Source: Thermoplasmata archaeon (lineage in GTDB: Archaea > Thermoplasmatota > Thermoplasmata > Halarchaeoplasmatales > Halarchaeoplasmataceae). Taken from it: a DNA stretch of 64,000 nucleotides. Shown here piece after piece: positions 28,439 through 39,000 of the stretch. The translations under genes and the position numbers were made by a program. Every line of letters starts with the position of its first letter. Within the stretch, counting starts at the first letter, position 1. The stretch is from the NCBI GenBank assembly GCA_003560595.1, contig PWKY01000076.1, positions 63 through 64,062 on the forward strand, written 5' to 3'. The notes beneath the pieces are model-generated. The model was not told the origin of the DNA. It did not search any database and saw only the letters and a list, made by a program, of their open reading frames with translations.

Positions 28439-31400
28439 TTACCAGACCTCTTCGTTTTCCTGAGGTTCATCATCTACATCCTCTATCTCGACATCTTCGC
28501 TGTCGATTGCAGATGGTTCTTCCCAAGTATCTTCTTCCAGATCCGGCTCTGATGGAATTTCTTCTTCCTTTGGCGGTTTTTCTACCTTTCTAGCCATGGC
28601 TATCATCGCTATTATCAGTGCGATTATAACTATAACGGCTATCAGTAGGATCTCGAATAATGGACTTTCCATTCCGAATAGTCCTTCGACATCATCCTCT
28701 TCTTCAATACCTGTTTCACCGGTTCTGATAGTTATTGGGAATTCCCGACCATCTGGCTCCCCATTGGAGTCCATCCATCGTATGTCCATGGTCTCTTGAT
28801 AGGGTTGACCGACCTTCATGTCCCTTGATGAAACCATATCAAAAGATACAGATATGCTATCACCAGGAGCTATCTCTCCAACATAAAGTGTCCATATGTG
28901 AGGCCTTGGTGCAGATAGTGCTCCTTCAAAATATAAGTGAAGATCTGCAATTTCCTCTGCATTCTCGATCCCGAGACTTTCTAGGTTAACTTCACCAGAA
29001 ACATTCTTTGACTCGAATTGGAAATCAGTTTCGGTTGTTGATATGGCTCGTATAAACCCTTCTAGAACATCCCAGTTCTGGTTGTCGTAGAGTTCGGGGC
29101 GCATGGTTACCCAAGTGTCCCTGGCTGTGTCGTCACCATGATTAGAGATGGTGTAAGTCAGAGTAAATATCTCTCCGGCTACGATGTTCTCTTCGTCCAA
29201 TGTTCCTTCAACAACTAGTCTTGGACCTAGGCCTTCTAATCCAACAGTGATCGGTATATCAAAGTCAGGTATCTGTTGGTTAGTATCCACATTGATCGCC
29301 CGGGTAACGACCAGGTTACCTACGTAGGCATTGGTATTATTCAGTAGTTTATGTGTTACGAAGTCTGAGTTTACGTTGACATAGAAGATTATCTCAGCTT
29401 CATTATCGCCATCAGATGGACCTATCATCGTATCCGATTCGTCTCTACGCATCGCGACGGTGTTTTGACTGCGGTCTTCGGGGTTATAGAAAGGTGTGTT
29501 TTCCCCTACCTCTAAAAGAACTTCTAGATCTCTGAAGCCCACGAGTTCAAAGTTATGAAGTGTTGCTTCGATTCGGATATAGGTGATATCGTCGTCCAGT
29601 TCTACCAGGTCTACAAATCCTTCCATGTTTATCAAATCGTCGACTACATGGATGAATATGTGAGCACCGTCCCAAGGAACCGGGTCTTCATGTATACCAA
29701 ATAGATTAGCCTGATTTGGACTAACACCTTGGTCCCATATCACTTCTACTTCATAGAGTCGATCTACTTCTCCAGTGATATCTGTTAGTTCGAACCAACC
29801 GTTCCAATCGAATTGAAGCATGTGTTTGCCTTCCTGTAAGTAGGTATGCATGCCGATGGTAAATTCTATATCAACAGAGTCACCAACAGAGAGATCACCA
29901 AGTTCCACTGGTATGTCCCTGATCCCTTCTCCGTATTCATAATGGTCTACAGCTAAGATTAAGAAATCCCCATCGTCCAACAATTGAACATATACGTCGT
30001 TTAGGTCTACTTCTCCGGTATTTTCGAAGGTTACTTCAAAAGTGACTTCAGTAGTACCCTGTTCAACTATTATTTCATCTACATATGCTTCTATTGTGGG
30101 CATATATAACATTTCTTCGACCACGTTGAGGAAGATATGAGGACCAAACCATTCTTCATCTTCAGGAGACACTCCAGATAAGTATGCCTGGTTTGGAATA
30201 ACTGTTTGATCCCAGTACACTCCTACTTCATTATATCCTGGATCGTTATTGGTAGTACCGTCATCGTAGTACCAACCTTCCCATGCAAATTGTATCATGT
30301 GCCTACCTTCCAATAACTCATAATCTTCATCTATACCGACAGTGAATCCTAATACTGCTTCATCACCGATATCGAACGCACCCAATGGTATCGAATCAAA
30401 AGTGACAATTTCACCGTATTCATAATGATCGACTTCCAGGACAAAGAATCCGTCGGTAACGAGTTCGACATAGACTTCTATGAGGTCTACATTACCTGTA
30501 TTTTCAAAGGTAACATCGAAGGTCAACTCATCTGTGCCCTCGTCGATAGTCATCTCATCATACGATGCCTCGATGAGTGGAGAAAATTCGACTATGAGGT
30601 CCAATGTTCCTTGTTCGGTGATAAATATTTCACCGTTGGCATTTGCGGTAAAGGTGTATTGTATATCATGACTACCTGATGGAACGTCTTGCTCTACATC
30701 GGCTCTGAATTCAAAATCTACATCGTCGCCAGAAGGAATCCCCTCGGGGATTATAGCGGAATCCGATCTTAGTTCAACACCGCCCGGTATGCCGGATAAT
30801 GTAAGTTCAGCATATTCCAAGTCTACATCTGGGTTGACGTTTTCCACGTTAACGATGAATTGCTGGAAGCTCTTACCAGCCCATAGTTTGTTCTCCTCTT
30901 CGGTTACCACAGTATTTTCTTGTATCTCGAAAGTTACGTATTCGTATTCTGTAGCTACAACATCGTCGGTGCCTGGGTCGTTATCGTGGTCATATTCATA
31001 TGTTATATTAAAGGTGATCTCGTATTCACCGGGTGCTGCATTACCTGCAACGTTGAAGGTGAAAGGTTCAGTCCACTGAGTATCGAAGGGAGCTATCGTG
31101 TAGGGTCCTTCATCTACATCTCCATCGTCTGGCCATTCTGTTGGATCGCCACCGGGTCCGGTAACTGCCTCCACCGAGATCTCAAGTTCATTCAAAGTCT
31201 GTAAGATATCTGCACGATTGAAAATTTGCAAGGTGAACTCATAGTCTTGTTGTCCGACATATATGTCACCAGGGCCAACCACATCAGATATCTCTACCAT
31301 GTTGTGTTCAAATTGATTCTGTGTGTCTTCATAACTCCATTCCCAAGCCATACCTGCGGGTAATGCCGCAAATAGGGACAAAAGGAGTATGGTACAGACT

Positions 31401-31444
31401 AGCATACTAATCTTTTTATTTTTTACCAAATTCTTTGTTTTCAT
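28439..31444 (-). CDS. Large cell-surface protein (signal peptide, internally duplicated beta-rich domains, C-terminal TM anchor and acidic cytoplasmic tail)
   Basis: Signal peptide MLVCTILLLSLFAALPAGMA. Tandem homologous segments (...TFDVTFENTGNVDLIEVYV...VDHYEYGE / ...TFEVTFENTGEVDLNDVYV...VDHYEYGEG). C-terminal LLIAVIVIIALIIAMIAMA plus a D/E-rich tail. Confidence 0.6.
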   Translation of the reverse strand: MKTKNLVKNKKISMLVCTILLLSLFAALPAGMAWEWSYEDTQNQFEHNMVEISDVVGPGDIYVGQQDYEFTLQIFNRADILQTLNELEISVEAVTGPGGDPTEWPDDGDVDEGPYTIAPFDTQWTEPFTFNVAGNAAPGEYEITFNITYEYDHDNDPGTDDVVATEYEYVTFEIQENTVVTEEENKLWAGKSFQQFIVNVENVNPDVDLEYAELTLSGIPGGVELRSDSAIIPEGIPSGDDVDFEFRADVEQDVPSGSHDIQYTFTANANGEIFITEQGTLDLIVEFSPLIEASYDEMTIDEGTDELTFDVTFENTGNVDLIEVYVELVTDGFFVLEVDHYEYGEIVTFDSIPLGAFDIGDEAVLGFTVGIDEDYELLEGRHMIQFAWEGWYYDDGTTNNDPGYNEVGVYWDQTVIPNQAYLSGVSPEDEEWFGPHIFLNVVEEMLYMPTIEAYVDEIIVEQGTTEVTFEVTFENTGEVDLNDVYVQLLDDGDFLILAVDHYEYGEGIRDIPVELGDLSVGDSVDIEFTIGMHTYLQEGKHMLQFDWNGWFELTDITGEVDRLYEVEVIWDQGVSPNQANLFGIHEDPVPWDGAHIFIHVVDDLINMEGFVDLVELDDDITYIRIEATLHNFELVGFRDLEVLLEVGENTPFYNPEDRSQNTVAMRRDESDTMIGPSDGDNEAEIIFYVNVNSDFVTHKLLNNTNAYVGNLVVTRAINVDTNQQIPDFDIPITVGLEGLGPRLVVEGTLDEENIVAGEIFTLTYTISNHGDDTARDTWVTMRPELYDNQNWDVLEGFIRAISTTETDFQFESKNVSGEVNLESLGIENAEEIADLHLYFEGALSAPRPHIWTLYVGEIAPGDSISVSFDMVSSRDMKVGQPYQETMDIRWMDSNGEPDGREFPITIRTGETGIEEEDDVEGLFGMESPLFEILLIAVIVIIALIIAMIAMARKVEKPPKEEEIPSEPDLEEDTWEEPSAIDSEDVEIEDVDDEPQENEEVW

Positions 31445-31601
31445 TTGTATTCCTCCTTAAGGAATTTTATTTACCCATTTAAAGTTAGAATGATTTGTTA
31501 CTATATGTGTTTTTTGGTATAAGGATAGAACTATTTTAAGGCACTACTTCAAGGAATAAACCGAAACTAGTTTAACGAGGCTTTTGTATTGACAAGACAC
31601 C

Positions 31602-32021
31602 ATGACCACAAGAAAAATAGTGTTCACCGTTAAAACAAAAGAGGAACTCGACATAATAGATATAACTCCACAGGTAAAAGATGCGGTTTCAAAAGGTGGA
31701 TTAAAAGAGGGAATAGTTCTTATTTTCGTACCTGGCTCCACCGGAGCGATAACCACTATAGAATACGAGCCCGGCCTTTTAGAAGATTTTCCCAAGGCCT
31801 TGGAAAAACTGTTTCCTAAGGATATTAGATACAAGCATCACGAGATGTGGCACGACGGTAACGGTCATTCCCACGTGAGGGCATCTTTCATCGGCCCTAG
31901 TCTTACAGTGCCTTTGTCTGACGGAAAGATAACTTTAGGCACTTGGCAGCAGATTATACTTTGTGACATGGACGTTCCGGCTAGAGAAAGGGAGATAATC
32001 GTTAAGATCGTTGGTGAATAG
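31602..32021 (+). CDS. YjbQ/UPF0047-family protein (secondary thiamine-phosphate synthase-like)
   Basis: Conserved HxH...H pattern (HHEMWHDGNGHSHVRAS...GTWQQIILCD). TAG stop followed by a second in-frame TAG. Confidence 0.8.
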   Translation: MTTRKIVFTVKTKEELDIIDITPQVKDAVSKGGLKEGIVLIFVPGSTGAITTIEYEPGLLEDFPKALEKLFPKDIRYKHHEMWHDGNGHSHVRASFIGPSLTVPLSDGKITLGTWQQIILCDMDVPAREREIIVKIVGE

Positions 32022-32023
32022 AG

Positions 32024-32983
32024 CTAGCGATCTACATCTAAAGCAAAATGAGCTAAAAGTGCCTCTAGCTGAATCCTTTCGTTAGAACCCTGAACCATAC
32101 GGAACTCGGCCTCGCCGATCTTCTCCACCAATTTCATCCTCATCCAATTATCCATAGGCACGTTATATATGCTTTTGTGGATCTGTTTGATTATGTCTCC
32201 CCCGGATAATCCGTTTTCTATGAGCAGTTTATCCAGCTTTTTCCGAACTACTACAAATTCATCCTTCATAGCAGATACGATAAGGTCTTCTATATCCTGG
32301 GGCCTGGCGATGTTAGCACTTTCTCTCACAACTTCGCCAGTTATATCATCCGTTGTGGATGCTGAGATCTGAAGAAGGTTAGTCGCTCTTCTAAGGTCAC
32401 CTTCAGAAAGTCTTACCAGCATCTCTCTCGCCTCCTCAGAAATATTTAGATCTTCTTCGGCGGCGATATGATCGATCCATCTTTGGACGTTTTCATCGGT
32501 AATGTGTCTGAACCGGAACACTGCACATCTGGATTGTATAGGATCTATGATCTTAGAGGAATAGTTACAGGAAAGTATAAAACGGCAGTTGTTGGAATAT
32601 TTTTCCATGGTCCTCCTGAGTGCGGCCTGAGCCTCGGACGTCAGTGAGTCAGCCTCATCCATAAATATGATTTTAAAACCACGCTGGCTGATGGTTGTGG
32701 TCCGGGCGTATTCTTTAATCTTATTACGGATAACGTCGATACCTCTTTCATCACTGGCATTCAATTCAAAGAATGCTGCTTTCCATTGATCGCCATACAT
32801 CTCCTTTGATAAAGCGATGGCAGAGGTGGTTTTGCCGGTGCCTGCAGGCCCTGCGAATAAGAGATGGGGTAGAGTACCTTTTCCTACATAGGCCTTCAAA
32901 CGGTCGATAACTCTTTCCTGGCCGTACACATCATCTAGCACATGAGGCCTGTACTTCTCGGTCCATATCTTTTCCATCGACAT
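32024..32983 (-). CDS. rfcS: Replication factor C small subunit (clamp loader)
   Basis: Walker A GPAGTGKTT, DEAD Walker B (IFMDEAD), SRC motif (IDPIQSRC). Confidence 0.9.
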   Translation of the reverse strand: MSMEKIWTEKYRPHVLDDVYGQERVIDRLKAYVGKGTLPHLLFAGPAGTGKTTSAIALSKEMYGDQWKAAFFELNASDERGIDVIRNKIKEYARTTTISQRGFKIIFMDEADSLTSEAQAALRRTMEKYSNNCRFILSCNYSSKIIDPIQSRCAVFRFRHITDENVQRWIDHIAAEEDLNISEEAREMLVRLSEGDLRRATNLLQISASTTDDITGEVVRESANIARPQDIEDLIVSAMKDEFVVVRKKLDKLLIENGLSGGDIIKQIHKSIYNVPMDNWMRMKLVEKIGEAEFRMVQGSNERIQLEALLAHFALDVDR

Positions 32984-33070
32984 TGTGCACGTTGAGAGCC
33001 GTAATATATTTTTCGTTTGTCTTTGTGAGATACAAATAAACTAAAATAACATGAATGGTATTACCAAAAT

Positions 33071-33265
33071 ATGGTAGAAGAAGACGCAGAGGAGTTAGTA
33101 AACAAATACACTAGAGAAGAACTCGATAGGATAGCTGTTAACGAGCATATCTCTGATCCTGATAAACTACCCAACAAAAAGACTGTTGCGCTGGAGATAG
33201 TAAAGGCCCGTAAAACCAAAAAATATATGAAAAAGCCGGCTGGTCTCTATCTAAACAAGGATTGA
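33071..33265 (+). CDS. Small hypothetical basic protein (64 aa)
   Basis: Intact ORF 8 nt upstream of the 521-aa ORF. Charged. No recognisable motif. Confidence 0.3.
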   Translation: MVEEDAEELVNKYTREELDRIAVNEHISDPDKLPNKKTVALEIVKARKTKKYMKKPAGLYLNKD

Positions 33266-33273
33266 TATGACAC

Positions 33274-34839
33274 ATGTTCCCAGGGATGTTTAAAAAAGGG
33301 CCAAAACGGGCAAGCAAAGTAGAAGAAGAAAGACTTATTCAGCGGGCCAAGAAAATATATGAAAACCCGTCCATGGTGATACCAAAATGCCAGGGTAGCT
33401 GTTTTTTGTGTAAATTTGGAAAAGAAAAGAGATGGGTGAAGAAACTCGAAGATTCAAAGGAGGATCGAAGTAAGCTGGAAAAATACTCTAAAAAGGGACC
33501 TAAATTAACAAGAGCGTTAGCTTCTACGATGTTACTAGCGAACCAAGAAAAGGCTAAATTATTGGCAACCGCTAACACACCGAAGGGTAAGATATCATAC
33601 GCAAAAAGAGGTAATGCCGGAGCAAAATATCTAGTGGGTATCCAGTATTTCGATGACCCCTTCCTCAGACTCATGGCATATCACGATTATTCTAAAAAAG
33701 GGTATTACATATATTCATGGAACAAAGAGTTGGTTTGTACGGACAAGAAAGATGCTCCACCCAAGGGATACATCAATAACAGGATATCATCATCCAACTA
33801 TAGACTCAAAAAAGATGGGAACGGATATTCGTGTGGTCATATCGGAGAGGATCATACCTACTTTGTGATCAAATGGAAAACTCCTGGGATATCAATAAAG
33901 GTATGCGAAGTTTGTGCAGATGTCGATTCAAACTTGTTTATTGATTTGAGCAGCGGGATCACTTCACCAGATAACAAAGAAATGTTTCAATTGAAGGGGA
34001 GATATATGATGGAATGTGGATCAGATTGCAACCATTGTAAAGTTGCTAGCAGCCGGATATCTGTAAAAAGTTCCACAGTTGATAAATATTTTTCAGGCAC
34101 CATTTCAGATAAGGGATTGATAGATCTAGTGATTTCTGAGAACCGTGAGGCCCTGTTTAAAAACAGCCCGGTATTCGCTATCGGGAAAAAGTGTTTTGGA
34201 AAAGATGCTTCATCCTTCTTGAACTCTTTGAGATACGACGATTGGGAAAAAGACGTTCTCAAAAAAGCTATAAAACTTACCGGACCAGTTATTTTAGAAC
34301 AAGGGACCGTCAACGAACTACTCGAACAGGCGTGGGATAGTTACGCATCAGATATACTGAGCGTCCTGCTGGACGATGAAGAACTTATAGAAGAGTTGAT
34401 ATCATGGGGTGATAAAAAGAATGTAATACCCAGAGATGTTCTAAGACAAGCTAAAAAAAGAAAGATGGAATTAGATGAGCTGACAGCACTACCTTCTTTC
34501 GATGTTCTACCGGCCCGTGCGAGATTTGTCCATGATCTGATGATATCATACAAGATAAGCGGTGTAGAGGAGGCTTTGAACCATCTTAAAGAGGTGAACC
34601 CCAGGGAAACCCGTATGAAGTCCTTGGCTTATGGTTTTCTCCACGCCATAGACCGAGCAGAATCACACCGATGGAAATACGACGATAGTGAAGTCGAGAC
34701 CGGTGAGTTTTTATCTGATTATTTTAAGAAGCTTATTGAAAGCTCAGGAGAAGAATACGCACAGGCACTGCAGGATTTATTGAAGATGAGTGGTTCCACT
34801 AAGACCATAGTTCTCGATGATGGTCGGGAACTCAGATGA
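33274..34839 (+). CDS. Uncharacterised 521-aa protein with paired-Cys motifs
   Basis: Long intact ORF. CQGSCFLC, CEVCADVD and ECGSDCNHC clusters in the first half. Helical, acidic C-terminal half. I recognise no family. Confidence 0.5.
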   Translation: MFPGMFKKGPKRASKVEEERLIQRAKKIYENPSMVIPKCQGSCFLCKFGKEKRWVKKLEDSKEDRSKLEKYSKKGPKLTRALASTMLLANQEKAKLLATANTPKGKISYAKRGNAGAKYLVGIQYFDDPFLRLMAYHDYSKKGYYIYSWNKELVCTDKKDAPPKGYINNRISSSNYRLKKDGNGYSCGHIGEDHTYFVIKWKTPGISIKVCEVCADVDSNLFIDLSSGITSPDNKEMFQLKGRYMMECGSDCNHCKVASSRISVKSSTVDKYFSGTISDKGLIDLVISENREALFKNSPVFAIGKKCFGKDASSFLNSLRYDDWEKDVLKKAIKLTGPVILEQGTVNELLEQAWDSYASDILSVLLDDEELIEELISWGDKKNVIPRDVLRQAKKRKMELDELTALPSFDVLPARARFVHDLMISYKISGVEEALNHLKEVNPRETRMKSLAYGFLHAIDRAESHRWKYDDSEVETGEFLSDYFKKLIESSGEEYAQALQDLLKMSGSTKTIVLDDGRELR

Positions 34840-34901
34840 TCCATCTGTAAATCATAAATGATAAATACATTCAACACTATTTCTCCTTGAAGTGAGTTAC
34901 G

Positions 34902-36059
34902 ATGTTGGACCTAAATAAAGTAAGGGCAAAATTAGAGGACTATGATCTGGCTAAGACCAAGGTGGGTGTTGTTGCATCACATTCAGCTTTAGATGTATGC
35001 GATGGAGCGGTGGATGAAGGGTTCCCAACTTTAGCGGTCTGTCAAAAGGGAAGAGAGAAAACATACGATAAATATTTCAAAACCATTCATGATGGCAAAG
35101 GAAAGCGTATAAGAGGGGTGGTTGATGAAACTTGGATCCTGGATAAGTTCGCAGACATATTGAAAAAAGAATATCAACAGCGGCTCATCGATGAAAATGT
35201 TATCTTCGTTCCGAACAGATCATTTACATCATATGCACCTTTGGATCGGATAGAAGATGATTTCGTTGTTCCGATGGTGGGAAGCAGGAACTTACTCAGA
35301 AGTGAAGAAAGAGAAGAAGAAAAAGACTATTACTGGTTATTAGAAAAAGGCGGCCTTCCGTTCCCTAAAAAAATTAAAAATCCAGAGGATATAGATAAAC
35401 TTGTTATGGTTAAGTTAAAGCATAAAGAAAAGCGTCTAGAAAGAGGTTTTTTCACAGCCTCTTCATACGAAGAATATCAAGGGAAAGTTGAAAACCTTAT
35501 AAAGAACGATGTGATCACTCGAGAGGACCTAAAGGACGCTAGGATCGAAGAATACATCATCGGACCAGTATTCAATTTTGATTTCTTTTATAGCCCTCTC
35601 AACGATAAGGGTTCTAAGATCGAGCTTTTAGGTATAGACTGGAGGTTTGAAACCAGCCTTGATGGCCATGTGAGACTTCCAGCACCACAACAGATGACAT
35701 TGAATGAAGAACAGATAGTACCGGAGTACACCGTTACTGGACACAACAGCGCTACTCTAAGAGAATCTCAACTTGAAAAGGTATTTAAACTCGCCGAGTT
35801 ATACGTTAAGGCAACCAAAAAACACTATGCCCCCGGAGTTATCGGACCTTTCTGCCTACAGACCTGTGTGGATAAGGACCTCAATTTTTATATATACGAT
35901 GTTGCACCTAGAACAGGTGGTGGGACCAACGTACATATGAACGTTGGCCATCCTTACGGTAATACCTTATGGGGAAAACGTATGTCTACTGGTAGAAGGC
36001 TGGCTCAGGAGATAAGAAGAGGTATCAAAAAAGAGCGACTTAAGGAGATAATCACTTGA
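34902..36059 (+). CDS. purP: 5-formaminoimidazole-4-carboxamide ribonucleotide synthetase PurP (ATP-grasp)
   Basis: N-terminal VASHSALDVCDGAVDEGFPTLAVCQKGREK matches the archaeal PurP signature. ATP-grasp C-terminal half. Confidence 0.8.
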   Translation: MLDLNKVRAKLEDYDLAKTKVGVVASHSALDVCDGAVDEGFPTLAVCQKGREKTYDKYFKTIHDGKGKRIRGVVDETWILDKFADILKKEYQQRLIDENVIFVPNRSFTSYAPLDRIEDDFVVPMVGSRNLLRSEEREEEKDYYWLLEKGGLPFPKKIKNPEDIDKLVMVKLKHKEKRLERGFFTASSYEEYQGKVENLIKNDVITREDLKDARIEEYIIGPVFNFDFFYSPLNDKGSKIELLGIDWRFETSLDGHVRLPAPQQMTLNEEQIVPEYTVTGHNSATLRESQLEKVFKLAELYVKATKKHYAPGVIGPFCLQTCVDKDLNFYIYDVAPRTGGGTNVHMNVGHPYGNTLWGKRMSTGRRLAQEIRRGIKKERLKEIIT

Positions 36060-36090
36060 AATTGATAATGTATCATAGGAGGAGTTTAAC

Positions 36091-39000
36091 ATGGGGTTAT
36101 TAGACAACTTGCTTGACAAAGAAAAAAGGGCGCTGAACAAGGCACAAAAATATATTGATAAGGCAAAGGATTTACATCAGTCTGGTGATGTCAATAAAGC
36201 TAAAGAATATTGTGATAAAGCATGGGATCATCTTAAGAAAAATGAAGAGATCTTCAAGGAGAAAATTGAAGAGCTATCCCGAGTTTTCGACGATCTAGGT
36301 TGGGTGTATTACAATATTGGGTACGACGATCTAGCACTACATACAGAAGAGAAGGCTCTTGAAATTAACGAAACGAACGTTTTGGCTTTGAATCATAAAG
36401 CACTGATACTAACTCAAAAAGGACATCCATCAAAGGCCCTTCATCTGCTTTCCCGCGCCCTGGAGATAAATAATGAGGATAGGTATACACTGATAAATAA
36501 GGGAGATATCCTTAAAAAGATGGAGAGATACGACGAAGCAGTTAGAACATACGAAAAGGCTCTAGAACTAGATGAGGAAGATATATCGATATATGACAAG
36601 ATACTTACGATCGAACCAAGGAACGGAAAAATTTGGGCTGAAAGAGGATTAGCTCTTAAAAATAGTGGAGACTATGAAAAAGCAATAGAGTCTTTCAATA
36701 AATCATTAGAGATAAATACAAACCAAGAGCGTATCTGGCTATACAAAGGGCTCGCACTAAGAGATATGGATAAATTGAACGATGCAGTGGTATGTTTCGA
36801 CAATGGATTAGAGATAAACCCGGAAAACAAAGATCTATGGAGCAGCAAGGGAGTGACTTTACACTTACTGAAAAGGGATGAAGATGCTCTAGAGGCGTTC
36901 AGTAAAGCTTTAGAGATAGATTCTGAGAACAAAGACCTTTGGAACCGTAAGGGCACTATACTTTACGAATTGGGACGCCATAAAGAGGCTGTTAACGCCT
37001 TCGATAAAGGTATAGCTATTGACCCAGATGATGTAAAATTGTTAAACAATAAAAAAGAAGCCCTGAAGCCTATAGGAAGGTATGAAGAACTTATAAGAGT
37101 ATGTGATAAGATCCTAGATAAGAACCCTTCAGATGCCAGCAGTCTATATGATAAAGGAGTTGCATTACATAGACTAGGTAAACATCAAGAGGCTATCCAA
37201 CAGTTAGAAGAAGCCCTTTCTTATAATCCTAAGGATATCTATGCCCTTGAGAAAGAAAAAAAGATATACAAGGAATTAGAGGATTGGGAAAGTGTCATTA
37301 GAACCTCAGATCGCATAAATGAAATCGATAGTAATAACTGGGACGCATGGTTTGATAAAGGTAATTCTTATCTAAAGATCAACAACCCTGAACAGGCTAT
37401 CGAAAGTTTTGAACGTTCTTTGATGATAAAAGATAATGAGTTGAGAGCTTTAGAGGGGAAAAAAGAAGCTTTGATACTTGCGGGCAGGGTCGAAGAAGTT
37501 GTCTCGGTTTGTGACCGGATAATATCCATAGATCCAGACAATACCCAGGCTTATTTCGATAGGGCAAAGGCTTTGGAGCGTTTAAAAAAATATGAAAGAG
37601 CGATTAAGGACTATAGGAAGGGTTTATCTAACGATCCATCATGGGACGAACATTGGAATGATAAGGGACTATGCGAATATCGTATAGGCGAGTACCGGGA
37701 GGCAATAGAGAGTTTTGATAAAGCTATCGGTATAAACTCAGACGATAAGCGTTATTGGAACAACAAAGGTCACAGTCTAAACAAGTTAGAGATGTATGAA
37801 GAAGCCATATCAGCATATGATAAAGCGCTAGATATCGAACCAAACGATAAAAGAGTATGGTACAGCAAAGGACTTGCCCAAGAAGGGCTTAATAGATATG
37901 AAGAGGCGGTAACATCATACGATAAAACCTTGGAGTTGGATGATAGTAATCCAAAGGTTTGGTACAGTAAAGGGATCGCACTTGAGTGGCTGGATAGGTA
38001 CGAGGAAGCAGTAGAGGCCTTTGATAGATCCATCAAGCTAAAACCGAACAATCGTTTCGCCTATATACGAAAGGGTCTTGCACATTCAGAACTTGGAGAA
38101 CACGAGAAAGCGATTAAATCTTTCAATAGAGCACTGGATATGAAGGGAGACGATATCAAGCTACTCCATGAAAAGAAGGAATCCTTGAAGGAATTGAACA
38201 GATGGAGTGATATACTACAGACCGCCAATCAGATCATCGATATCGATTCGAACAACCTTCAGGCTTGGAGGGATAAAGGAGAGGCGTTAAAACGACTTGG
38301 TGAGCCTCAGAACGCATTGAGTTGTTATGAGCGTGCTTTATCGATAGAAAAGAGTTTGAAAGATTTGATCAAAGTAAAGGATCTATTCAAAGATCTTAAG
38401 AGAACAGATGGCGTATTAGAATACAGTGAACTCATAATCGAAGAGGACCCAAAAAATGAAGAAGCTTGGCAGGACAAAGCCATGGCGTTGAAGTTACTGA
38501 AAAGATGGGATGAATCTCTTCAAGCTTTTGATAAAGCCTTGGAGATGGAGCCAGATAGTCAAAAAATGTGGATTCACAAGGGTATGGTTTTTGAACATCT
38601 GAAACAGTATGAAAATGCGATTAGAGCATATAACGAAGCTTTAGAATTAGATTCAAGTGATATCCTACCCATAGCTCGAAAAGCTATATGTTTGAAAAAA
38701 ATGGAGCGATTCGAGGAGGCGGCAGAATGGTTCCAAAAGGCCATGGATATAGAGCCAGATAATACACGTTACATCAACATGAGAGGTAGATGCCTGATAG
38801 AAACTGGTGACCTGGAAGAAGCAAAAGAACTATTTGAACGCTCACTCCAGATCGACGACCAGAACGGAACAACTTGGGAGTATAAGGGCATATTAGCGGA
38901 AAAACTTGAGAGATATGAGGAGGCCATAAGTTCACTGGATACTGCGATAAAGCTAGGTGTTGAAGATAAGGATGTATGGATCACAAAGGCCGAGTGTTAC

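Noticed and set aside
31445-31601. Mobile-element remnants or integration sites in the divergent intergenic regions
   Set aside because: No inverted terminal repeats, target-site duplications, or integrase or transposase fragments were found. The only tRNA has both flanks occupied by conserved core genes.
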